A stretch of 64,000 nucleotides of DNA from a bacterium (lineage in GTDB: Bacteria > Vulcanimicrobiota > Vulcanimicrobiia > Vulcanimicrobiales > Vulcanimicrobiaceae): assembly GCA_021778415.1 (NCBI GenBank), contig JAJYCL010000002.1, positions 79,686 to 143,685 on the forward strand. The letters are read 5' to 3'. Every line of letters begins with the position of its first letter. Within the stretch, counting starts at the first letter, position 1. The translations under genes and the position numbers were made by a program. Positions 9,697-21,827 of this stretch are shown in pieces. The notes beneath the pieces were generated by a model. That model did no database searches. It worked only from the letters and a program-made list of their open reading frames with translations, and had not been told where the DNA came from.

Positions 9697-11370
9697 ATGC
9701 TTCGGCGCCTCCACATCGAAAATTTTGCCTTGATCGGCGATGCCGAGCTTTGCTTCGGCGACGGTGTGACGATGATTACCGGCGAAACCGGCTCGGGAAA
9801 AACGATGCTTCTCGGCGCGTTGCTTTTTGCCGTGGGCGAACGGGCCAGTAGCGATTTCATCGGGCGGCGAGGTGAGCGTGTGCGCGTAACGCTCGGTTTC
9901 GATCTGGATGAACCGCAACGCTCGTGGCTTGCAGAGAACGGCTTTGAATTCGAACCCGGCGAGATGGCCGAGATTGTCCGTGAACTGCATTCGAGCGGCA
10001 AGAGTTCTCTGCGTATCAACGGTCGGGCGACGACCGCGAGTTTTGTGCGCGAGTTCGCACCGCACATGTTCGATCTCGTCGGCCAGCACGAAGCGCAACG
10101 CCTCCTCGCACCGCGCTATCATCTCGCGTTACTGGATCGCTTTGGCGGTCGTGAGCTTCTGGATGTTCGCGATGCGTGCGCCGACGCATATGACCAGTGG
10201 GTTGCTTCGCGCGACGCGCTACGGGAAGTCGAAGCTGCCGGAGTCGATGCGCGGCGACGCTATGATGACGCCGCAGAAACCCTCGCGGCAATTACGGAGC
10301 TTGCTCCACTTGCCGGCGAGCTTGGAACGCTGCGCGAACGCGCAAAATTGCTGGCAAGTGCGCAACGCGTTGCGGCTTCGCTAACCATCGCGCATGAAGC
10401 GTTGGCCGACGATGATGGCGGTGCTATTACCGCAATCGGTGCCGCCCGGACGGCACTCGACGGTATTCGATCCTTAGCTGCGCACTTTGAGGATCTCACC
10501 GTTCGTCTCGACGCGGCGCAAAACGAGTTGGTCGATTGTGCTGCAGAGATCAGCAAAGCGGCCAATGAGATCGAATTCGATGCCGTTGAAACCGAGCGCA
10601 TCAACGAGCGCATCGATGCGTTGGATCGTCTCCAGCGTCGCTTTGGTGGCTCGCTTGACGCCGTGTTCGAGGCGCAAAACCAGGCGCAAGCAATTATCGA
10701 TGCAGCCGAGCTTTCCGACGAGCGTCGAGCAGCAGCCAAAGCGCGATACGATGCCGATGAACGCATAGTACGGGACCGGGCTTCACGCCTTCGTGTTCTG
10801 CGCAAAAAGGCGGCGGCAGCGCTTGAAACGGCGGTCGCCGCCGAACTCGGTGATTTGGCCCTTGCCTCAGCGAAGTTGACGGTAGTCGCCGAAGATATCG
10901 AAACGATCACGGCGACGGGCGATCAGCGCATGAGCCTGATGTTTCGCGCGAATACCGGTGACACGGCGCGCAGTTTGTCCCACGTCGCATCCGGCGGCGA
11001 ACTCTCGCGCGTTTTGCTCGCACTCATCGTCGCCTTGGCCGGTTCACGAGAGCGCAATGCTCTCGTCTTCGATGAAATCGATGCAGGCATCGGCGGGGCA
11101 ACGGCAACGGCCGTTGGAACGCGCATTGCGCGCCTCGGCAAGCAGTCGCAAGTTGTCTGTGTGACGCATCTCGCGCAAATTGCCGTCCATGCCGATGTGC
11201 ATGCCGTCCTAGAGAAACGCGACGACGCCGACGGCGCTGCAATCACCCTTCGCACATTGGCATCACACGAGGAGCGCGTCGATGAGATCGCTCGCATGCT
11301 CAGCGGCGAATCTCACGATGCCGCAAAATCTCATGCGCGAGAACTGCTACGTAATCTGGTGAATTTTTAG
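9697..11370 (+). CDS. recN: DNA repair protein RecN
   Basis: N-terminus LHIENFALI..., Walker A GETGSGKT, coiled-coil middle, SMC signature SGGELSRVLLAL, Walker B LVFDEIDAGIGG. Confidence 0.92.
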   Translation: MLRRLHIENFALIGDAELCFGDGVTMITGETGSGKTMLLGALLFAVGERASSDFIGRRGERVRVTLGFDLDEPQRSWLAENGFEFEPGEMAEIVRELHSSGKSSLRINGRATTASFVREFAPHMFDLVGQHEAQRLLAPRYHLALLDRFGGRELLDVRDACADAYDQWVASRDALREVEAAGVDARRRYDDAAETLAAITELAPLAGELGTLRERAKLLASAQRVAASLTIAHEALADDDGGAITAIGAARTALDGIRSLAAHFEDLTVRLDAAQNELVDCAAEISKAANEIEFDAVETERINERIDALDRLQRRFGGSLDAVFEAQNQAQAIIDAAELSDERRAAAKARYDADERIVRDRASRLRVLRKKAAAALETAVAAELGDLALASAKLTVVAEDIETITATGDQRMSLMFRANTGDTARSLSHVASGGELSRVLLALIVALAGSRERNALVFDEIDAGIGGATATAVGTRIARLGKQSQVVCVTHLAQIAVHADVHAVLEKRDDADGAAITLRTLASHEERVDEIARMLSGESHDAAKSHARELLRNLVNF

Positions 11371-12786
11371 CACGTTCGTTCCGCCGGCGCCCGTGGGCAT
11401 GCCGGTCGTGAAGGCGACATGGTCCCCGTGCTTTACGAGACCCGCGCTAATCATCTGATTCTCCATCATATAGAGCAGGACGTCGATGCTCGCGTATTTC
11501 TCGATCAGGAGCGATTCTACGCCCCAAACGAGCGCGAGACGGCGCGCAACATACGGCACCGGAGTCAGCGCAATGATCCGTGCGCGTGGCCGAAATGCGG
11601 CGATATGATGGGCAGTGTTTCCTGTCGTCGTTCCGGTAACGATAAATGGTATATCCAACTCGTCGGCCGAGCGCGTTGCGCTTTCGGCAATCGAGCTGGA
11701 GACGGAGGGAATGATCCCTTCGAGCCGGCGATCGCGCAAGGCATCGTGCGGATAATTTTCTTCGACTTGTTGTGCAATATCGGTCATCATACGCACGGCT
11801 TCGGTGGGATACAAGCCACGGGCCGTTTCGCCGGATAGCATGATCGCATCGGTGCCGTCGAGGATCGCATTGGCAACGTCGGTGACTTCGGCACGCGTCG
11901 GGCGCGATGACGTCGTCATCGATTCGAGCATCTGCGTCGCCGTAACGACAGGTTTGCTCGCTCGATTGCAACGCGCGATAATATCTTTTTGAATCATCGG
12001 AACGGTTTGCAACGGCACTTCGATTCCCAGATCGCCGCGCGCGACCATGATTCCGTCGGCCGTGGCAATAATGTCGTCGATATGCGCGAGTGCTTCGTGC
12101 TTTTCAATTTTTGCCAAGATCGGAATGCATTTCCCGCGCTCTGCCATAAAGGTTTTTACTTTACGAACATCGTCGGCCGAACGCACATAGGAGATGGCGA
12201 CGTAATCGACATCTTCATCCAATCCGAACGCAAGCAGTTCAAGATCGCGTTCGGTGACGGCATCGAGATTGAGCGTTCCGTCCGGATAGTTAATGCCTTG
12301 CTTGGAGCGTAGATCGCCGCCGAATTCGACGACGGTGTGAATATCGGTCTCGGTTTTCGCCGTAATGCGTAAGGTAATTGCTCCGTCTTGCAGATAGAGG
12401 CGATTTCCAATGCTCACATCGCTGGGCAGGTTTTTATACGAGCAGGAAACGCGCTTGCCATCGCCTTCGATGTCATCCGTTGTGAGCGTGAACGTGTCGT
12501 CTCGTTCGAGGCGAACGCTGGCGACGCCATCGGCGAATGTCCCGGTCCGAATTTTCGGGCCCGGAAGATCTTGGAGAATCGCGACTTGCGTTGAGAGTTC
12601 GTTCGCCAGAGATCGAGCCGTTGCGATGACCTCGGCATGTTCTTTCGGCGTGCCGTGCGAGAAGTTTAAGCGTAGGACATTGGCCCCGGAAATAATCAGG
12701 GATCGCATGACACTACGGTCACGCGAGGCGGGGCCGATGGTCGCAATGATTTTCGTTCGTTTTTGCAATACTAGCTCGTCACTCAT
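11347..12786 (-). CDS. pyk: pyruvate kinase
   Basis: MSDELVLQKRTKIIATIGPAS...LRLNFSHG...LQDLPGPKIRTG...MVARGDLGIE. True ATG is at 12786 (cat at 12784-12786). The upstream Arg-rich part of the 801-aa ORF is discarded. Confidence 0.93.
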   Translation of the reverse strand: MSDELVLQKRTKIIATIGPASRDRSVMRSLIISGANVLRLNFSHGTPKEHAEVIATARSLANELSTQVAILQDLPGPKIRTGTFADGVASVRLERDDTFTLTTDDIEGDGKRVSCSYKNLPSDVSIGNRLYLQDGAITLRITAKTETDIHTVVEFGGDLRSKQGINYPDGTLNLDAVTERDLELLAFGLDEDVDYVAISYVRSADDVRKVKTFMAERGKCIPILAKIEKHEALAHIDDIIATADGIMVARGDLGIEVPLQTVPMIQKDIIARCNRASKPVVTATQMLESMTTSSRPTRAEVTDVANAILDGTDAIMLSGETARGLYPTEAVRMMTDIAQQVEENYPHDALRDRRLEGIIPSVSSSIAESATRSADELDIPFIVTGTTTGNTAHHIAAFRPRARIIALTPVPYVARRLALVWGVESLLIEKYASIDVLLYMMENQMISAGLVKHGDHVAFTTGMPTGAGGTNVLKIHQIT

Positions 12787-12852
12787 GTCGAGCGCATCGT
12801 GCGCGAAGGACGTGGAAGGCTCCTGCGCTGTCTTAAGCGCACTTAAGCCACG

Positions 12853-14028
12853 ATGCGTTCGCGTGATAGCCAAGATCCGGAATTGCCAGCTCGGATCACC
12901 CGCGCTTACCTGCTTTCTATTCTCTTGCATGTGCTTTTGGCGGCCCTTTTTGTGATTGCCCCCTTTACAAGCGACGCAACGGCCGAAATCTCGGGTGCCC
13001 CGGAGACGGTGCGGATGGACCAACGCGCTCCGACGCATCAGGCCGTCGCGATGAAGGCGCCGCCGAAACTTCCGAAATCGGCGGTGGTTATTCCGGCCGC
13101 ACAAAAATTCGTTCCCCGTCCACGTGAGCTCAGCGTGATCGTCCCCAGTGCGCCGCCGATGCCGACGCCGCTGCCACAGGCATCGCCGCTGGTTGCCCTT
13201 CCCCAGAGTCCGATCGCTCTGCCCTCGGCTGCGCTCGTGTCCGTTCGCATCACACCGCGCCCGACGATCGCCCCGACGGCTGCACCGACCGTCGCGCCGA
13301 CGCAACAACCGACGCTGGCGCCGACGGCCCAGCCGAGCCCGGCCCCGACGGCCCAGCCGAGCCCGGCCCCGACAAGCGCACCAACGCAAGCCCCAACGAC
13401 GTCCCCGACAACCTCGCCGACGAGTGCCCCGCGCCCCGCGGCAAGCGCGGCGCCGAAGAGTGCGCCAAGCCCCGGGCCGGCGCGGATTTCGCGGGGGACT
13501 CCCGGCCCTAATGCGAAGGGTGGCCCGAAAGCCGTGCACGTTCCAAACCTCATCCGGGTCGCTCCATCGCCGAAGCCGGCGCGTAGCCGGCCGACTCCGA
13601 AGCCGCGATCGACTCCCGGAACCCCGGGCAACCTCAATGCGCTGATCCCGCATGACACGGTGCTGCCGCAGAATCTTAAACGCTACGGGCCAAACTACGG
13701 AGCGATGTCCGGCGGCTATGCCCCGACGCCTCCTCCCGATGTGCGCGACCAAACGCAGTACCTCTATCGCACGTCAGGTATCGATCGCTTGGAAATGTGG
13801 GTGACGCGCGTCACTAGCGGCGCGTTGGCAGCGCGTTGCTACGGCTGGCTCGTTCGCTTTCCGCAGGGGCCTCCGTCGCAGGCCGCTCCGCCAAGTAAGC
13901 TTGCCCCGACGATCATCTTTGGCGGCGGTGGCGGACCGACGCAAGCCGGTCGCGCAGTTGACCCGATTATCGTTGGTATGGCGACCATTCCGTGCCGTCG
14001 GAGCGCCCTAGCGCCCTATCGACCATAG
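12853..14028 (+). CDS. membrane-anchored Pro/Ala/Thr-rich protein
   Basis: N-terminal TM helix (AYLLSILLHVLLAALFVIAPF), a long PT/PA/PS-rich linker and a ~120-aa C-terminal globular part. The architecture is TonB-like, but no TonB C-terminal motif was recognised. Confidence 0.6.
   Translation: MRSRDSQDPELPARITRAYLLSILLHVLLAALFVIAPFTSDATAEISGAPETVRMDQRAPTHQAVAMKAPPKLPKSAVVIPAAQKFVPRPRELSVIVPSAPPMPTPLPQASPLVALPQSPIALPSAALVSVRITPRPTIAPTAAPTVAPTQQPTLAPTAQPSPAPTAQPSPAPTSAPTQAPTTSPTTSPTSAPRPAASAAPKSAPSPGPARISRGTPGPNAKGGPKAVHVPNLIRVAPSPKPARSRPTPKPRSTPGTPGNLNALIPHDTVLPQNLKRYGPNYGAMSGGYAPTPPPDVRDQTQYLYRTSGIDRLEMWVTRVTSGALAARCYGWLVRFPQGPPSQAAPPSKLAPTIIFGGGGGPTQAGRAVDPIIVGMATIPCRRSALAPYRP
13321..13368 (+). 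repeat. perfect 24-nt tandem duplication inside the Pro-rich CDS
   Basis: ccgacggcccagccgagcccggcc x2, encoding PTAQPSPA x2. Confidence 0.8.
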
Positions 14029-14294
14029 CCGTTGGGCCCTACGACTTCCGTCGCGTTGGCGCGAAGCGATTCCCGCTTGCTTGCCGACATTCGTCGGAGT
14101 ACCATGAAGGCGTGTCCGATCGGCACAGAACTCGTCGCTCATTACGAGAGACAAGGAGGACGGTTGAACCCGCAAGATCCACCGGGCCACCAGGCCCGCG
14201 ACAAAGGCGAATCTTAGCGAGCGCGGCCCACGCGCTTCACGGCAGCCGGACGTTTCCCGGTACTCGCCACCGTCGCGAATAACGAAAAACAGCA

Positions 14295-14327
14295 GACGGG
14301 CCGTAACCCACGGGGTTGCGGCCTGTC
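14295..14327 (+). other. 15-bp stem-loop in the long leader upstream of rimP
   Basis: gacgggccgtaaccc-acg-gggttgcggcctgtc. Its two G:U pairs work only in + strand RNA. No U-tract follows. Confidence 0.35.
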
Positions 14328-14374
14328 GCATTATCGAGTATCGTTTGTGCGTGGTTAATGATTCAAGCGTGGGC

Positions 14375-14884
14375 ATGTCCCGCGCTTCGTTGTTGAATGA
14401 GGTCTTCGAGCAGGCAGTCGCCGAAATCGCTCACGATCCAACCTTTGTGGCCGTCGAAGTCGTCAAACATGCATCGGCGCATCGTCGCGGGAGCACGGCG
14501 CTTTCGGTGACGATCGATCGCGAAGGCGGCGTGGATGTCGCGCTTTGCACGCAAGTTGCCGGGTACATCAACGATGCGTTGGCCTCGTTCGAAGAACTGT
14601 ACACATTGGAAGTTGAATCCGCAGGGCTTGAACGCCCCTTGCTTCGACCCGGCGACTATCAACGCTTTGCCGGCAAACGCGTTCGCATCATCACCACACT
14701 CACGATTAACGGTGCGAAAACGCACCGCGGCATTCTCGGCGGCGTTCGTGGAACGTCGGTGATGCTCACGACCGATTCCGGCGAATTGCCTCTGCCTCTG
14801 GATACCATTAAATCGGCGAATCTCGAATATGATCCGCGCGCTGATCTCACCCGCGATAAGAAAGAACGAAAACAGCATGCCTGA
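14375..14884 (+). CDS. rimP: ribosome maturation factor RimP
   Basis: FVAVEV...LSVTIDREGGVDVALCTQVAGYINDALA...YTLEVESAGLERPL. Position immediately upstream of nusA. Confidence 0.88.
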   Translation: MSRASLLNEVFEQAVAEIAHDPTFVAVEVVKHASAHRRGSTALSVTIDREGGVDVALCTQVAGYINDALASFEELYTLEVESAGLERPLLRPGDYQRFAGKRVRIITTLTINGAKTHRGILGGVRGTSVMLTTDSGELPLPLDTIKSANLEYDPRADLTRDKKERKQHA

Positions 14885-16091
14885 AACACAAGAACGCCTC
14901 CTCGATACGCTCGCTGCAATTGCAAAAGAGCGCAATATATCATTCGAGATGTTGCTTGAAGCCCTTGAAGCTGCGCTCTTAACGGCCTATAAGCGTCACT
15001 ACGGTGCCGACGCTAACGCGTTGGTGAACGTCGATCGCAAAACGGGCGAGTATCGCGTCTATCATCGCCGGACCGTCGTTGAGGAAGTGACCGATCCGAA
15101 ATTGGAAATTTCGGTTGCCGAGGCAAAAGAGCCGTATCAGCCGGGCGATTTCTTCGATGAAGAAGTCATCCCCAAAGAATTCGGCCGCATCGCTGCGCAA
15201 ACCGCAAAGCAAGTGATCGTTCAACGCATTCGTGAAGCCGAACGCGATACGGTTTTTCATAAGTACTCGAAAAAACTCAACGATATCGTCGTCGGTAAAG
15301 TGCAGCGCTTCGAGCAGCGCAATATGTTCGTCGAACTCGAAGGCCGCGATGAAGCGATTCTCCCCTATAGTGAACAAGTCCCGACGGAAGTCTTTCGCAT
15401 TAACGATACCGTGCGCGCGTATGTGCTCGATGTTCGTAAATCACCCAAAGGTCCGCAAGTCGTGCTTTCGCGTGCAAGCGAAGGGCTCGTGCAGCGCCTT
15501 ATCGAGCTGGAAGTTCCCGAAGTCGCCGATGGCCTGGTCGAAATCATGGCGATCGCCCGCGATGCCGGTTCTCGCTCCAAAGTCGCCGTGCGGACGCATC
15601 GCCCGGAAATCGATCCGATCGGCGCGTGCCTTGGGCCGAAATCATCGCGCATCGCCAACGTCTCGGATCATTTGCGCGGTGAAAAAATCGATGTCATTCG
15701 TTTCGATTCCGATGTTCGCGTCTTCATCATGAATGCGTTGGCACCGGCTAAAGTCGTGGAAGTGGAACTTTTTGAAGACGACGGCGTCGCACTCGTCATC
15801 GTTCCGGATTATCAGCTATCGCTGGCAATCGGGCGCGAAGGGCAAAACGTTCGTTTGGCTGCTCGGATGTGCGGTTGGCGCTTGGATATCGCCGCCGAAA
15901 GTGAAGCCGAAGCCGCCCGGGAACGGTATATGGCGGAGCGCTCGGAGACCCCGGCGCAAGATGCGGCCGAAGTCTTCGAAGAGCAGCTTCCCGAGGCCGT
16001 CGAGGGCCAAGAAGCGCCTGTCGAGGGCGTGGATGCCGAACTGATTGCTAAGCTCGAAGCGTTCCGCCGTGAACGTTTGGGCGACGCATAG
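14877..16091 (+). CDS. nusA: transcription termination/antitermination factor NusA
   Basis: N-terminus LLDTLAAIAKERNIS.., S1 domain (VVGKVQRFEQRNMFVEL), KH domains (IDPIGACLGPKSSRI; LSLAIGREGQNVRLA). Overlaps rimP by 8 nt. Confidence 0.93.
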   Translation: MPETQERLLDTLAAIAKERNISFEMLLEALEAALLTAYKRHYGADANALVNVDRKTGEYRVYHRRTVVEEVTDPKLEISVAEAKEPYQPGDFFDEEVIPKEFGRIAAQTAKQVIVQRIREAERDTVFHKYSKKLNDIVVGKVQRFEQRNMFVELEGRDEAILPYSEQVPTEVFRINDTVRAYVLDVRKSPKGPQVVLSRASEGLVQRLIELEVPEVADGLVEIMAIARDAGSRSKVAVRTHRPEIDPIGACLGPKSSRIANVSDHLRGEKIDVIRFDSDVRVFIMNALAPAKVVEVELFEDDGVALVIVPDYQLSLAIGREGQNVRLAARMCGWRLDIAAESEAEAARERYMAERSETPAQDAAEVFEEQLPEAVEGQEAPVEGVDAELIAKLEAFRRERLGDA

Positions 16092-16104
16092 GCGTCTGGA
16101 GTCG

Positions 16105-16338
16105 ATGTCGCACACCCGAGGACATATCCCTAGCCGGCTTTGTATCGGGTGCCGCCAGCGAAAGCCTCAAGGGAGCCTTCGGCGCTTCGTCCGAGTCGAA
16201 GGAACGTGGATCGCCGATGCGTCGGCGCGCCGCGTGGGGCGGGGAACCTACCTCTGCTCGGCAGCCTGTGCGGCGGCCTCGGCAAAGAATCGGCGGTATC
16301 CGGGGCTTGCAACGGTCGCCGTCGAAGTACTGGTTTAG
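16105..16338 (+). CDS. ylxR: YlxR/RnpM family (DUF448) RNA-binding protein
   Basis: RLCIGCRQRKPQGSLRRFV...GRGTYLC. Classic position between nusA and infB. Confidence 0.8.
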   Translation: MSHTRGHIPSRLCIGCRQRKPQGSLRRFVRVEGTWIADASARRVGRGTYLCSAACAAASAKNRRYPGLATVAVEVLV

Positions 16339-16484
16339 AAAGATATGACGACGATGCACCATGCGTAGCGCAAGCTGCGTACCGAGAGGCCGAACGAATC
16401 GCGTTGCGGGGAGGTCGGCGATGTAGTACAACGGAGCGATGGCCGTTAGCGCGAGTGCGCGCGGTCGCATAGGAAAGGCTGATC

Positions 16485-19373
<2,889 letters not shown>

Positions 19374-19404
19374 CGTGCCGTTGACGAGCGAAAACACGAA
19401 TCGA

Positions 19405-19553
19405 GTGATGCGGAGTCTACTGACCGTATCGCTCGGGCGTGTGAGCGAGCGCCGAAGCCAGGATGGCGAGAGGCGCGAGGAACCGAGTAGCATTCTTGCA
19501 GGAGGCAAGAATGCGCGCGTCCCGAGTGATACGGTCAGTAGACTCCGCATCAC
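19405..19553. repeat. long inverted repeat (33-bp arms, one G:U) with a nested 10-bp hairpin, in the infB-rbfA spacer
   Basis: Left arm 19405-19437 is gtgatgcggagtctactgaccgtatcgctcggg. Right arm 19521-19553 is cccgagtgatacggtcagtagactccgcatcac. The inner hairpin pairs gcattcttgc (19490-19499) with gcaagaatgc (19505-19514) around an AGGAG loop. Confidence 0.85.
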
Positions 19554-19582
19554 GGCGCTCGGGCACGAGTGAGGAGTTTACG

Positions 19583-19963
19583 ATGAAATCGCAGCGGTTG
19601 GCGCGGATTGATCATGAGATGCAGCGAGTGTTGGCGACGCTGATTTCGCAAGAGCTGAAGGATCCGCGGCTTGGATTTCTTACCGTGACGCGCGTTGAAG
19701 TCGCCGATGATCTCAACCATGCCAAGGTGTATGTTTCTGTTATCGGCGATCGACATGTTGCCAAGCAATCGATGGAAGCTCTGGAGCGCGCATCGGGATT
19801 TTTGCGGGGCGAGCTTGGGCATCGCATCGATTTGCGGCATACTCCCGAACTTAACTTCATCGAAGATCGCTCGACCGAACGTGCGATTGAGATGTCCAAA
19901 ACCTTACGTCAAGTTGCTCCACCGGTTGAGGTGAAAGCTGCGGAGCCGGAGGACGAAGAATGA
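19583..19963 (+). CDS. rbfA: ribosome-binding factor A
   Basis: MKSQRLARIDHEMQRVLATLISQELKDPRLGFLTVTRVEVADDLNHAKVYVSV. GAGGAG lies 6 nt upstream of the ATG. Confidence 0.9.
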   Translation: MKSQRLARIDHEMQRVLATLISQELKDPRLGFLTVTRVEVADDLNHAKVYVSVIGDRHVAKQSMEALERASGFLRGELGHRIDLRHTPELNFIEDRSTERAIEMSKTLRQVAPPVEVKAAEPEDEE

Positions 19964-20937
19964 GCACGACGTTGCACAATTCTTCCACGCAAGAGGTCGT
20001 AGCAGAGTTGCTGCGTCGTCCGGCCTTTGTGATGGTTTCGCATGTCAAGCCCGATGGGGATACGTTGGGTGCAGGCCTCGCATTGGGCATTGCGCTCAAG
20101 CGCATGGGTAAACGCGTCGCGTATTTTCAGCAGGATCCGGTACCGCGGAATTTGCGTTTTTTGCCGGATGCACAGTTCGTTTCTCGCGAGATTCCGGGTG
20201 ATTTTCCGCCCGATACGCTTTTTGTGTTTTGCGATATGAGCGATCCGGCGCGTGCGGGAGAATTTTTGCCGACGTTTACGCGCGAAAATGCACTCGATAT
20301 CGATCATCATCTCGGGAATTTGCATTTCGGTGCATTCAACTATGTTATCGATTCGGAGTGTTCGACGGGAACGTGCGTCGTGCGATTGTTGCGTGAAATG
20401 GGTGTGCAGATCGATCAGGAGATCGCCACCTGTTTGCTCACGACAATCATGACGGATACCGGCGGGTTCATGCATTCGAATACGACGCCCGAGGTGCTGG
20501 AACTCTCGGCCGATCTTATGCGACGGGGTGCCGATAAAGAGCTTATCACGCAAGAGATTTTCGGCAATAAGCGTTTGGCTGCCATGAAATTGTTAGGCGA
20601 AGTCCTCGCTGTTGCGACCTTCACGCACGATGGCCGTTATGCGTATTCACACGTTGACGATGCGATGTTCGCTCGAACCGGCGCCGATGGCGAAGATACG
20701 GAAGACATGGTCAACACGTTACTGTATATCGAGGGCGTTGAAGTCGCGTCGTTGTTTAAGGCGTACGATGGCGAGATTCGCGTCAGTTTGCGCTCGACCG
20801 GTCGGGTGAATGTTCAAGCCGCCGCAAAACGTTTGGGCGGCGGCGGTCATTTTAGGGCGTCGGGCCTAACGCATGTCGGCGATCTGCCGTCGGCGATATC
20901 GGCCGTGCACGATGCCCTCGTCGCCGAGGGACTGTAA
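19960..20937 (+). CDS. nrnA: DHH/DHHA1 phosphoesterase (NrnA-type oligoribonuclease/pAp phosphatase)
   Basis: Motifs KPDGDTLGA, DIDHH, DTGGF and GGGGHFRASG. ATGA overlap with rbfA. Confidence 0.85.
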   Translation: MSTTLHNSSTQEVVAELLRRPAFVMVSHVKPDGDTLGAGLALGIALKRMGKRVAYFQQDPVPRNLRFLPDAQFVSREIPGDFPPDTLFVFCDMSDPARAGEFLPTFTRENALDIDHHLGNLHFGAFNYVIDSECSTGTCVVRLLREMGVQIDQEIATCLLTTIMTDTGGFMHSNTTPEVLELSADLMRRGADKELITQEIFGNKRLAAMKLLGEVLAVATFTHDGRYAYSHVDDAMFARTGADGEDTEDMVNTLLYIEGVEVASLFKAYDGEIRVSLRSTGRVNVQAAAKRLGGGGHFRASGLTHVGDLPSAISAVHDALVAEGL

Positions 20938-20954
20938 GCGCGACTATCGCTACC

Positions 20955-21827
20955 ATGCTGGGATTCGTCAACGTCTTCAAGCCCGCCGGCCCCACGTCGG
21001 CACAGGTCGTTGCTCGCCTGCGACGCATTTACGGCTTGCATTCGGGCGACAAAAAAATTGCCGTCGGTCATCTTGGGACGCTGGACCCGCAGGCGGCCGG
21101 TGTCTTGCCGATTGCCGTAGGGAAAGCAACGCGATTAATTCCCCTCCTTGAAGATCAACGCAAATCATATGTTGCGACGCTGGCGCTGGGTGTCAGCACG
21201 ACGACCCAAGATGCGTTGGGCGACGTGCTTGAACGCGGTGATCTTCCCAGCGATTGGCAGAAACGTTTGAGCGCGGCATTGCAGCATTTTTCCGGCCGTA
21301 TCGAGCAGATTCCGCCGATGTATTCCGCGGTGCACCATGAGGGGCAACGCTTATACGATCTCGCACGGGCCGGTATCGAGGTTGAACGAAAGTCGCGGAG
21401 CATCACGATCTATGCCATCGATATCATCGGTATCGAAGAGGCGACTGTTCGGCTGCGTATCTCGTGTAGCGAAGGGACCTACGTGAGAACGTTGTGCCAC
21501 GATCTCGGTGCGGCCATCGGTGTACCGGCGCATATGGGGGCGTTATTGCGCGAAGCATCCGGGCCGTTTGTGCTCTATGAAGCGTTGACGCTCGAAGAGA
21601 TCGCCGAGAATCCAAACGATGCATTGCTCACTCCCGAGCGTATCATTCCATTCCCCACCGTCGTGTTGGATCTTCGCGCCTCGTCGGATTTTCGCGCCGG
21701 GCGCGTCGTTCCGTTGCCGGATGGCGCGGCGAATAAACATGTCTTTGTGCGCGATCATTCGCGCACGCTCGTCGGCGTTGGTGAGGCTCACGGAGTCATG
21801 CTCGCTCCGCGCAAGGTCTTCGTCTAA
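20955..21827 (+). CDS. truB: tRNA pseudouridine(55) synthase TruB
   Basis: KPAGPTS..., HLGTLDPQAAGVLPIAVGKATRL, and a PUA-like C-terminus. Confidence 0.92.
   Translation: MLGFVNVFKPAGPTSAQVVARLRRIYGLHSGDKKIAVGHLGTLDPQAAGVLPIAVGKATRLIPLLEDQRKSYVATLALGVSTTTQDALGDVLERGDLPSDWQKRLSAALQHFSGRIEQIPPMYSAVHHEGQRLYDLARAGIEVERKSRSITIYAIDIIGIEEATVRLRISCSEGTYVRTLCHDLGAAIGVPAHMGALLREASGPFVLYEALTLEEIAENPNDALLTPERIIPFPTVVLDLRASSDFRAGRVVPLPDGAANKHVFVRDHSRTLVGVGEAHGVMLAPRKVFV

Noticed and set aside
10260-10910. 216-aa antisense ORF in recN, with similar shadow ORFs in the clp gene (26295..27059), opposite the SIMPL gene (27167..27793), in the porin gene (47969..48742) and in tlyA (7998..8663)
   Set aside because: Low-complexity Ser/Ala/Arg composition. 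Each overlaps a confidently assigned gene on the other strand.
12787-13752. N-terminal 320 aa of the 801-aa minus-strand ORF that ends in pyruvate kinase
   Set aside because: The text is extremely Arg-rich and lies antisense to the Pro-rich gene. Pyruvate kinase has its own canonical N-terminus (MSDELVLQKRTKIIATIGP) at 12786, and the product is 479 aa from that start.
14029-14345. tRNA, SRP RNA or 6S RNA in the rimP leader
   Set aside because: A GGTTCAA-like string on the minus strand lacks a complementary T-stem. No SRP domain IV motif (GGAA tetraloop context) and no cloverleaf could be drawn. Only the hairpin is reported.
19511-19582. Upstream in-frame ATG with AGGAGG as the true rbfA start
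   Set aside because: The N-terminus from ATG 19583 (MKSQRLARIDHEMQ..) has the length and pattern of known RbfA N-termini and has its own GAGGAG. The extension would be translated through the 33-bp stem.
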